Shown here: positions 52,080 through 64,000 of the stretch, one piece after another
Numbering within the stretch: the stretch's first letter is position 1
How the letters are laid out: the number at the start of each line of letters is the position of its first letter
Position numbers and translations under genes: made by a program
NCBI RefSeq assembly: GCF_006345805.1
Contig: NC_043005.1
Coordinates: 39,494,001-39,558,000 of the forward strand
DNA length: 64,000 nucleotides
Reading direction: 5' to 3'
Source of the DNA: Octopus sinensis
Taxonomy: Eukaryota
Notes under the pieces: model-generated
Databases searched by the model: none
Seen by the model: only the letters and a program-made list of their open reading frames with translations
What the model was told of the DNA's origin: nothing

Positions 52080-52965
52080 ACTACACATTTCCTTTCTCAG
52101 TTACTGCCTTCACCACCACCTGAGCCCCAAATGTTTCCGTCTCTATTTCCACCCCATTTTCGATTCTACTTCTACCATCTTACCCATACTCCGCACCACT
52201 TCTTACCGCCGTATGCGTGCCACCATTCGTTCTAATCTCTCTAAAATACACACCCTCGACTGCCTTCTCTTTCTCGTTAATTTTCTTTTTCTTTCTTGCT
52301 GCTCAATATCCGTTGCACATTTCACCTTAGCTTCATTCTCCGCCTAAACCACCTCTTCCATGACATTCTGGCTTGTACTCAAGAACATAAACTTTACTCT
52401 TTTATCCTGTCCCACCCGATGCCACTACTCCCACCCATCCCTCCCTGATTCACTCCCTATCCTCACTACAACCCTTCCATTACTCCAATCCTCCCACATA
52501 TCACTTCCTCCTCTCTCTCCTCCCAGCCTCTCACCACCTCCCTCACGTAACTTACCCTCGTGCCCCCCACGTCAGTTTGTGGTTACCATTCCTCCTGATC
52601 TCTCACTCTCTATCTCTCTGAAGCAGAGCGCTCCATTCTCAGTTAGAATTTGCGCTTCACCCCCATCATTCTATCCAGTAATAAGTTTCAGACTCGTGCT
52701 GATAACCAACATTTCGTGCGCCGCGTCAGGCTACATGCACTATTCCACAACACCGATGGCCGCCGACCATCCTACTGGACGCCAACTCCTGGCCAGTTCC
52801 AAGCATTTATCATTCTGCAAGCATTTGCTAATGTGTTGTGGTCCGGTTTTACTTAGAAAGACGTCCCCGACATTTCAGTATCTTCTCGGCCGAATTCTCG
52901 GCCCTTCGATGTCTCCGACCCTGCAAAGATATGATCATTGAACCGGCTGACAAAGGTGAACCTAT
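52080..52965 (+). mobile_element. PLE 5' ORF fragment, degraded
   Basis: VVTIPPDLSL.SEAERSILS, NKFQTRADNQHFVRRVRLHALFHN and DMIIEPADKG are typical of the PLE ORF upstream of RT. Confidence 0.8.
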
Positions 52966-53102
52966 ATATATATATATATTATATATATATATATCACGTG
53001 ACCGACCATACCATCAGATGTTGTTACACATCGCTGGTAACAATGCGTTCGCATTGTTTTAGCCTTCGAATGACGCCACCCCGCTGGCTAAGCGAGCAGG
53101 CC

Positions 53103-53180
<78 letters not shown>

Positions 53181-54215
53181 TCACACAGATATGTATCCTG
53201 CCAATATATATATGTACCAGTTTCTTCAAAATAGTTATATGTTTCTTTTACAATGAAAAACATTAAAATTATGTTAGATGTCACCAAGATATATTCACTT
53301 AGTTGGGTACGCAAGTTTACACGTTCACAAGTGTAAGATAAGTTGGGAAGTTGGAAAGTTACAAATTAATGACAATAATTCAGTGAGGAAAGACTCATTA
53401 TATAAACAGAACCAGCAGTCTTAAATTTCGTGTACTATTTTTCCTCTTTTGGCTGAAGAATTTTTGCAAGCTCAGTCATGAATAGGAATTTTACTTTCAG
53501 AAACACGATTCGTAATTCGGCCGACATAGATCCAAATTTGAGTTTGATTTTGGTTTAAAAAAGACGAAAATATTTCCTCATGCATATTCAAAATGTTGGC
53601 AAGTAAAATACGTAAATTGTGGTTCCTACTGCAACATTTGTTTGTCTTGGCATTTGTCGTGGCATTCCATTTTATTGCTAGTTTGCTTTCATTTCTCTCT
53701 TCGAAAAACCAAATATATTGTCATAGAGAATTGAAATGTTTCCAGCTTCATTACGTGAACTGTGATGTGTTATATACGTATTATGCTTAAAAGTGTTTTT
53801 AAGGTAACATCTTTTAATGATGTCTTTTCTTTACGAAACCTGATAACTTTAAATTTTAAGTTGGGAATGTGTGACTTGAAAATGGAAAATTCCAAAACGT
53901 TATTCATTTTGATGTGAAATATCCCTTTTCAGTATGAAACACACGTCATATTTCGATGTCATACAAGTAACATAGGTTAGGTAAAGAATTTGAAGCATCT
54001 GGAGCAATCTTCGATCATTTTTGTGCCTATTTATTAGGGAAAGAAAGCTTGTCAGTTAAAGAAGCGAAGCTTCATGAAAACTAGGGTATCTGATATACAG
54101 CCATCAGCCGATTACATGTAAAGCAAGTGGGAGTGCGGACGCATACATGTGCACATGTGTGCACGTGTATTTGTGTTGAGTGTGTTGTGTGTGCGTGCGT
54201 ACATAAATGTATATA

Positions 54216-54327
<112 letters not shown>

Positions 54328-54977
54328 ATGTATGTGTATATTTGTATATATGCATATGTAGTATACATGTATATACATAAAGGTATTTTTATATTTATAT
54401 ATATATGTGTGTGTATCTGAGTGTGTAAATATGTATGTATATATGTATGTATGTTTGTATGTAAAAGCATATGCATTTGTGTATATAAATATAAATATCA
54501 TTGTCTTCCTTGTGTGTGTGTATATCGGTGTATATTTAATCAAATTGCGCGAAACATCACAGTGATATTAACTGTTTAACTGTTTAACGTCACAACAGAG
54601 AGATCGAGTTAAATAAAAGATATTTCAATAGACTCAAATCTCTCTTGTCGATGTCCATAAACAAATCCCAACAGAGAGCATTAAGACAGTAATATATGAG
54701 TAATAAAACTGTTATGACATGTCCTATGTTATAAAAATAAATATCACATGTTAGCAATAAAATCTAGAATTATGAAGATCGCCATTTCAGGTATTGCTAT
54801 ATAGCAATTAACATGTAGTTTCCTTTATTGAGGGTTATGGTGGGAAGTTGATTGGCAATAATGAAACGGAATATGTTGACCTGTAATTAAAATTCTTGTT
54901 AATAACGTCAATGTCGTAATATTTCTGTCATTTGTGTCGAACTTTTCTATTTTGCTTTATTTCGGTTCTGTTTGCTG

Positions 54978-55030
<53 letters not shown>

Positions 55031-55033
<3 letters not shown>

Positions 55034-55242
55034 CTTTATTACCCACAAGGGGCTAAACACAGAGAGGACAAACAAACGGATTAAGTCGATTATATCGACC
55101 CCAGTGCGTAACTGGTACTTATTTAATCGAACCCGAAAGGATGAAAGGTAAAGTCGACCTCGGCGGAATTTGAACTCACGACGTAGCGGCAGACGAAATA
55201 CGACTACGCATTTCGCCCGGCGTGCTAACGTCTCTGCCAGCT
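55031..55242 (-). mobile_element. tRNA-derived SINE (family A)
   Basis: Reverse complement of the 5253-5476 family. Confidence 0.9.
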
Positions 55243-56330
55243 GTGTGTGGTTGCGTGTGTTTATCCGAGTGTGTGTAAGTGCTAATACATATGCACATAT
55301 ATGCGTCGGTGTATATCTAATACACTTATATATGATGTATATATCTATATATAGGTGTATATGTATGTTATATATATGGGGGTGTATATATGCATACATG
55401 TATGTCTTTATTTATGCATGCATGTATGTATGTATGTATGTATGTATGTATGTATGTATGTATGTATGTATGTATGTATGTATGTATGTATGTTGCAGCA
55501 CGGTGCGCACACATCAGGAGAAGGCCGTAAAATCGAGAGGAAGTCGTCCCTTCCGTCTGTAGGCTAGGGTGACACCTTGAACAAACGTTAGCAACCCCTT
55601 AGGTGTCCGCCAGGTATGTGGTGAGTATGTCGGCAGCAGAACTTTGGATAATCCACCAGGCGGAGAAGTCCTAGATCAACGGTTTGAAGGTTATTGCAGC
55701 AAAATGCAAGATCTATACCATCTGACAATTGTTCATCAACTAGCAAGCTAGCTGCTACTGCGGAGCAGCCTCAGCGTCCACCATGCTCATTGCACTCTTG
55801 TACACTACTTGGTACTTGGCGCGGGTTAATGTGGGGGCGACGTCAATAGGCGTTCTCCTCGGAGAGGTGAGAAACCCTACGGCGTGTATATGTGACGGTA
55901 GTCGGTGTAACTGGAAGCCATTAGCAATAGCTCAACAGGCAGGTGGCTCACTCCCGATGGTCGCATTCAGTGCTGACCTCCGAGCACCAGCAGGTAGAGA
56001 CAGCAGTATCGGTGTCCGAGCAGCCCTTTTTGGGGAGTACTATCCTCTCCGAAAGCTGAAGGTCCCTTTTCTTCTAAACAGTGCAATCAAAGTCGACATA
56101 CAGAGGACAGCTGCCGAAACATGTATGTAAACACTCAGGCACATACATACATACACATACACACGCGTACATGCCCCACACACACAAACACGCACACACA
56201 CGCACACACGCACACGCACACACAAACACACACACACACACATATATATATATACATAATATATATATATACTTTTATATATATATATAGATATAGATAT
56301 ACAGACAGGCAGACAGACAGACAGACAGAC

Positions 56331-56414
<84 letters not shown>

Positions 56415-56419
56415 TCTTT

Positions 56420-56625
56420 CTTTAAGCCTTTCTCTTGTTTCAGTCATTCGACTGCAACCAGGCTGGAACACCGCCTTTAGTCGAACAAATCGATCCTATG
56501 ACTCATTCTTTGTAAACGTAGTACTTATTCTATCGGTCTCTATTGTCGAACCGCTAAGTTACAGGGATATAAACACACCAACATCGGTTTTCAAGTGATG
56601 GTGACGGAGACAAGCACAGTCACAC
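56420..56625 (-). mobile_element. SINE family B, 3' half
   Basis: ttgtttcagtcattcgactgc...gcctttagtcgaacaaatcga...ccgctaagttac. Confidence 0.85.
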
Positions 56626-57210
56626 AAATATATACATATATCAACTTCCTGTGTTGAACTTCCTGTCTTTGGCCTCCTAACAAGCTATTTACACACGCAC
56701 GTATGTATACATCATTACAGTTGCGACGATATCTGATAAATATTTTAAAAAAAACAGAATTTCTAAAGGTCCTTTCATGTCAGAAAAAAATTCATACGGA
56801 GAAAGACGCCTTTTTCTCAATTAATTAAATGAGGTACTGTATATTGTAAATTGATTTTCCAATACATATTTCGGACAATTTTGGAACAAGTCGCTTTATT
56901 AAGACTTGATATTTCACATTTAAATTATTCTTGGCGCAAATCGACTTTACACCTTCACTTAACTGTTTTGTCAGTGTCAACATAGTAACCAGCTATTTAC
57001 ACACACACACACACACATGTATACATCATTACAGTTGTGACAATTTCAGAAAAATAAAATTAATTTCCAAAGTTACTTTCATTTTTTATGTTTTCCAGCT
57101 TTCTGTTTGTGTAAGATATATACTTATGTGAGTGTGTGTCAGTGGGAAACAAAATTTCAGACAGATTTCATTTAATTGACCAATTGTCAAAAGGGTATAA
57201 CTATAGATTA

Positions 57211-58478
57211 CTGCCCCTACCCACGACTTTCGATGATCATAACTTTCAGGAAAATGGATATTTCTAATGAAATTTTCTACGAATATGTGTTATATCATGT
57301 AAATTTCTAATATACAAAATATTTTAGGGAAAAGTTTTTAGGAAGGCGTGAGGGAGGATATTTGGTTAAAATTCACCGGAGTCCACTTCACTTCACTTAA
57401 CTTTCAGGAAAAATGGATATAATTTTAAAGAAATTGTCTATAAATATGCTTCGTAATATGTACATTCCGAGCATATAGGAATTTGGGCAGAAAACAATTG
57501 GGGGTTATTTTTGCGAACCGTTCCCCACTCGGGAGTGTTTCGGAACAGGTCGTCCCTATTTGTTACTTTTTCTCTGTTTTGTGCGTTTGTGCATCCGTAC
57601 AATTCTATTGAAGCAACAGGCAATGAAGGTAAATGAAGCCCTTACAAGAAAACTCATACTGAATATAATAACTAAATGTCTGGTACACAGATATATGTTA
57701 TTAAGACGACTTAACTGTTGCATAAGATATTTTTTTCACTTTCAGTAAATTCCCAGGTAAACGTTTCTAATACAAAGGCAGAAGACACCAGAAGCAAAAA
57801 TAAGGAATACACACGCACAGTTAAATATAGGAGTGTAAAGTATAATTTGTTACATAATCTCTATAATAAACATGATATTGAATGGAATAACTCCCAGTTT
57901 GAACTTTTTCCATTATGTGTGTGTGTGTGTCTGTGTGTATCTGTGTGTGCGTGTGTGTGTGTGTCTGTGTGTGTGTGTGTGTGTGAGGACACTGAGAATA
58001 AGCATGCCACCTATTTTTACTTTTAATTTTTCTACGGATTCCGACCTTGTCTCCAACGGAGATTCTGAATATCCAAAAAATCTACTTTTAGACTTTTTAA
58101 TACACCCACTACTGAAATTTTCAATTTTTTTCCCGAAATTTTACGACTAGGGTTAAAGGTTATATACGGATGCACAAACGCATAAAACGGAGAAACTGAG
58201 ACAAATATAAGCACCTTGTTCCGAAATACCCCCCAGTGGGGAGCAGTTCGCAAAAGTTTTCCCCAAAAATCGTATATGCTTGGAATCTACATAGTCCGAG
58301 GTATATTTGTAGATGATTTCATTAAAAAATATCCATTTTCCCCCTTCTAAAAACACTTTCCCCAAAAAATTTTGTATATTCGGAATTTACATGATATAAC
58401 ACATATTCGTAGAAAGTTTCATAAAAAATATCCATTTTTCTGAAAGTTATAACATCCAAAGTCGGGTGGGAGTGGCAG
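57211..58478. mobile_element. Non-autonomous element with long modular terminal inverted repeats (foldback-like)
   Basis: 57211-57600 aligns with the reverse complement of 58165-58478; each arm contains two copies of an aaaatggata...gaaa...tctac...atat module. Confidence 0.75.
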
Positions 58479-59454
58479 AAAGCTTGTGGTGAGATGGTAC
58501 CAAATGTTAATGATATCATAATGCATATGCTCCCAAATATTGCACAAAACTTTAGTAACAGTCAATGGCTCTGTGAGCGAGTCATCTTAGATCCAGGTAA
58601 TGATGCTGTCAACAAAATCAACTGGAATCTCTTGCAGCTGTTGCCTAGACAATGTTAACATTGAGAACATATATATATATATATATATATATATAAATGA
58701 TAAACTGTAACGCACAACAGATGTTCCTTTGTCAGGTTAAAAAAACTCAGTACCAAAAAACATTGTAATGTTTTCAGTTCCATTAGATTCGTGACAAATA
58801 TGACCCACATTATAGAGCCACCCTTATATCTTCCACATACTAACAGTTTTAAGTGCCTGGTACATGCTATTAAGATATACTCATTTACAAAAACGTAACT
58901 GGAGGACGGGAGAACGCTGGGAGATGGGTATAAATTGGAGTGGAAGCGATAGGGGTGGGAAAGTGGGGTGGCACTTTTGGTTTTGCCGCATAAGCCTGTA
59001 CAGGGTCGGAAATGACCCAAGTCAATGGCTGCCTATTGCGGCACACACTCTAGCTATACTATTGCTCATATGTGAGTGACTACTGTGACAGCAGTATGAT
59101 TCCAGGGCGATTTAGCAGTTCTTTCTAGGAGGTCGTGAGAACGATTTAAAGTTTCTTCTTAAGCTCATTCTTCTTTCATCGTTAGGTGGGTAGAAAATAT
59201 ATCAGTAAAATACTTACTTAAAACCAATACACTATTCACCGGTGTCTGCAATTGCTAGTCTTCTGTCTATGTAAGAGACATCGCTTTGAAGAAAGCTACG
59301 GTAATAACCATCATCATCATCATTATCATTGTGGTCGTTATCGACATCATCATTAATATCATCAGTCTGGCATTTGAGAGAATGGCGTTGTTATCTTTGA
59401 AATTTCTATAGAGAAAACTGATGAGTGAACAAAGAGTGGAAGATATTGTTAAGC

Positions 59455-59493
<39 letters not shown>

Positions 59494-59561
59494 TATATAT
59501 GTATGTATATATGCATATATATCTATGTTTATTTACAAAAACATGAATATGTCAGGGTATC

Positions 59562-59593
<32 letters not shown>

Positions 59594-59856
59594 CGTGTGT
59601 GTATATATAAATATATATATATATATACATACATATACAGACACGTATACATATATTTGTGTACACATTAACATATATATATGCACGAATATTTCTGTGT
59701 ATAAGCATATATATACACATACATATACACATACATACATATGTAAATATTTCTGTATGTAAATGTATATATACATGTATACATTTATGTGTATAGATAT
59801 ACACAAATACACACACATATATGTGTGTGCTATGTTGCATATATAAGCACTTAGAC

Positions 59857-59944
<88 letters not shown>

Positions 59945-59953
59945 TAGATGTAT

Positions 59954-60013
<60 letters not shown>

Positions 60014-60488
60014 GTATGTATATGTATGTATGTATGTATGTATGTATGCATGCATGTATCTACGTATGTGTGTATGTTTGTATATATTTATATTTAAAAT
60101 TTTGCGCAACAGTCTTTTCAATTAATAAATTATATTTTGCAAGACAGGAGAAGCTTGTTAAAAACTTATTAAAAGAAACTTCAACAAGACAGTGTTTTAC
60201 TTTGAATACTTACGTTAAATACTATATAAATGTGAGTGTAGTATGTATGCCTGTACAACTACAGGAGTAGAGAGTAAGGTATCGTATTGAGAGAGACGGG
60301 CACGGTCAAACAGCGAATGAGTTTCTTCATAAGATAGACGTATCGACACTCAAAGACAGGTAGATTTTAAAGATGTCGATGGAAAAGAAAGAAAAAGCTA
60401 TATATATCTATACATATATATGCATACACGCGCGCATATATGTTTATGTATGTATGTATGTATGTATGTATGTATGTATATATATATA

Positions 60489-60519
<31 letters not shown>

Positions 60520-61134
60520 CAATAGATATATAATTATTTAATTATAATCATAATTACGTTTACTGGAGAGGTACCAGTAAGCTAGATAATAAAGTCAAAA
60601 CTAACTGTTAAACCACATCATGTATTCATATAGCACCGGTAAAAAGATAAATGAACAAAGAAATTAGCAAAAACCTGATGGTTAATCCCAGATCGACGAT
60701 TTCCGGTTTAGTAATAAAATGATTTGCCTTCGTCAGTGGAGATATACCAAAATTAGTACATAATTACAATTATGTATATATACAACATACGAATACTTAC
60801 ATACATTTACGCATACATACATATATAATTATATATGCACGTATACACTAGACTAATCCATTTGTCCGTCTGACACCATGTCCTATATGGTCAAAAATAT
60901 CACCACAGTAAATATGATAACATAGAGCGAATATATATTTATATATAAAGAGGATAAGACTATTGTTTAAGGTAACGATCATATCATGTGGCAAGCATGG
61001 AAAAAACCGTATAGGTAATAATTACTATAGATATATAATTATATAAATATAATTGAGGGTAGTGGAGATGTTCCCTTAATTATAATTCTATATATAAGGC
61101 AACGCATGGGAGTCATTACAATTTCATGATAATT

Positions 61135-62330
61135 CCTTTTGGGTAAAAAATAATGGGGACGAGTTATTTAATGTGGCACTGGGGAGCTTTAATGGTGCAG
61201 AGACAGCTGACGCTGTAGCCCTCTATATCTTAAGTAGACTTACAAAAGAAATAAAAGAAGCCACCGTATATTCACATAGAGGCGATGGGCTGGGATGTAG
61301 TAGTACACAAAAACGGATACGATATGGATAGGATAAGAAAGAATTATGCAAAATATTCAACCAGTTAGGTCTAACAACCACATTGAATATCAACCTTTAC
61401 AAAATCAACTTCCTAGATATTAGCATGAACCTTAGCAAATGCAAACTTAAACCCTACCACAAATTAAATGAGGAAACTTCGTACAAAGACATAGACTCCA
61501 GCCACCGACCAGCAATCATTAAGCAACAATTACTTAATAACGTTAGCAGGCGCGTCTCCAATCTATCCGCCGATAAAGACACTTATGAAAAGTCCGCACC
61601 ATACTATAAGGTCGCTTTTGAAAGGTCCATCTTTAAGAACATCATAAACTACATTGAACCGAATTCATATAGAGCCAGAAGCCGCTGAGAAAAATGTTAT
61701 ATTTTAACGCACATGATAGCATGAATGTAGTCACTAACATAGCGAGGAAATTCTAAAAATTAATAGATACTAACTCCCCAAATTCACACAAACACCATAT
61801 GATCTTCAACAGAAACGCTTATAAACTGAACTACAGTTGCCTCCCCAATATAGGTCGATAATGCTCAACCGCAATAAAAATGAATACACCAGGAATACCG
61901 CCGAAAGACACTGTAACTGTAGGTCTCCAAACTACTGCCCTCTAAATGATAACTGTTTGAAAAAAGAATTTATATGGAAGGCGAAAATCATGTATCCCAA
62001 CGATGTAACAAAGACGTAATCGGAATGACGGGCAACTCGTCCAATGAAAGATACACACAACACCTGGCATAATTCAAGGACGAACATAAAAGACATTTGT
62101 CATCCCTAAGCAATATGATATGGACATCGAAAGAAGGAGTAAGAACCTCCGTGTAACATGGAACATTATTGTTATAGCCGGAAAGTTCAGAGGACGGGGA
62201 ACCAAACGTGAGCTCTGTATCACCGAAAAGCTAAATATCATACAGTCAACAAATAACATTTTGAATATTAGGGCTGAAACCTGATCTCCCTGGATACACG
62301 AGCAGCATTTCACTCTCCGACACTTCTAAG
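61135..62330 (+). mobile_element. PLE RT plus GIY-YIG fragment, degraded
   Basis: WVKNNGDELFNVALGSFNGAETADAVALYIL..SHRGDGL (decayed YRDDGL); INFLDISMNL..KPYHK; CNCRSPNYCPLNDNCL. Confidence 0.9.
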
Positions 62331-62593
62331 AAGAACCACCACCAGCACCACCAGACCTACGAGGATATTTTCCTTCCCTGAACTTGAACATTGAATATAT
62401 ACAACACACGAACTCCACACATGAACAGAAGCATGCTTCTCTGATGAATTCCTTCAGCATACAAATACACAAATATCCTATACACCCAGAATATAAGATA
62501 TAATGCAAACAAATTCACTGTCCAACATGTTTTTTCCCAAAACAAACACCCAAACGGATAGACAGACATACAGACATATATATATATATATAT

Positions 62594-62687
<94 letters not shown>

Positions 62688-62773
62688 TGATAAATAGATA
62701 GATTAGATAGATAGATAGATTGATAAATAGATAGATAGATCGATAGATAGATAGATAGATCGATAGATAGATC

Positions 62774-62823
<50 letters not shown>

Positions 62824-63373
62824 CAACGGTATCAAATGTGATTGCTTGAATAATATAAGTGCTCACTGTGTATTAAGAGTGTAACAAATTGTTTCATGTG
62901 AGTTGTATGCATTTTAAGTGCACTATGTAATCCTTTGGCAATCACGTCCATGTTAGATGAACGCAAATGCTTGTAAAAGAGCCAAGGCCAATGCAAGAGA
63001 AATAACAATTAAAGAAATTCCCAGATGAGTTGCCCCTATTTATTTGTCTATCTATTAACCAAAATAAATTTTGAATTGTCACCTAATATATACGCAAGAA
63101 TACCAACATTTGTCAGTGAAGTGACTGAAACATGCGAAGCTCCCTCATGGCAACATTGCTAACCAATGTTAATTCTCAAATATAAAGTACAAACAAGACA
63201 AATACAAACACACACACATACACACACGCCCGCACGCACACACGCATACTTATATATTTATATAAATATATATATGTATGAATATGTATGTGTGTCGGTG
63301 TGTATGTGTGAATGAATATATGCATTTACATATATACATATACATATATACAGAGAGACATGTATACACACAC

Positions 63374-63406
<33 letters not shown>

Positions 63407-63454
63407 ATATATATATATTTATGTATATATTTGTGTGTTTGCGTACATATATAT

Positions 63455-63838
63455 TCTTTCTTTTACTTGCATCAGTCACTTGATTGCGGCCATGCTGGAG
63501 CACTGCCTTTTAGTCGAATAAATCGACCCCAGAACCTATTCTTTGTGAGCCTGGCTCTTATTCTATCGGTCTCTTTTGCCGAAACGCCAAGATACAAGGA
63601 CATAAACACACCAACATCGATTGTTAAGTAATGAATGGGTGGCAAACACAGGCACAGAGACACACACTTAAATAAATACACACAAATACCCCCCACACAC
63701 ACACACACATATGACGGACTTGTTTTAGTTTCTATCTACCAACTCCACTCAAAAGGCTTTGTAGATGACACTTGCTCAAGGTACTGATGCCGGAACAATG
63801 TGGTTGAGAAGCAAGTTTCTTATCACACAGCCACACCT
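63455..63838 (-). mobile_element. Composite SINE family B, near full length
   Basis: 3' half, internal (CA)n and head all present on the minus strand. Confidence 0.85.
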
Positions 63839-63879
63839 ATATACATATAGATAGATAGTTTATATATATATATATATAT

Positions 63880-63911
<32 letters not shown>

Positions 63912-64000
63912 ATATATATATTATTTTATTCATAGATGAGAATCAGATATTCTCCATATGGAATACACTTAATAGTGCTCAAGAGATTTAAACTTGAGCG

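Overview
This is AT-rich, microsatellite-dense eukaryotic DNA, apparently intergenic or intronic. The SINE families resemble those I recall from octopus genomes, so a cephalopod source is an inference and has not been checked by search. I found no supportable intact protein-coding gene. Nearly all listed ORFs are translations of (TA)n, (CA)n, (TACA)n, (GATA)n or trinucleotide repeats, and the rest are decayed transposon fragments. The window contains: a near-complete but frameshifted mariner (21728-23002); three older Tc1/mariner relics; RTE-type LINE fragments; several Penelope-like element (PLE) fragments (RT and GIY-YIG); non-autonomous Helitron-like elements; many tRNA-derived SINEs; and one 100-N gap. 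Two signals stand out beyond the repeat catalogue. First, there are at least five type I hammerhead ribozyme motifs with intact catalytic cores, from several unrelated sequence families, plus point-mutated copies. They are associated with PLE ends, and one sits in a nested, near-perfect fold-back at 32173-33155, suggesting a retrozyme-like system. Second, there are many inverted repeats, including two pre-miRNA-sized hairpins. All structures were folded by eye and identities are rough estimates.
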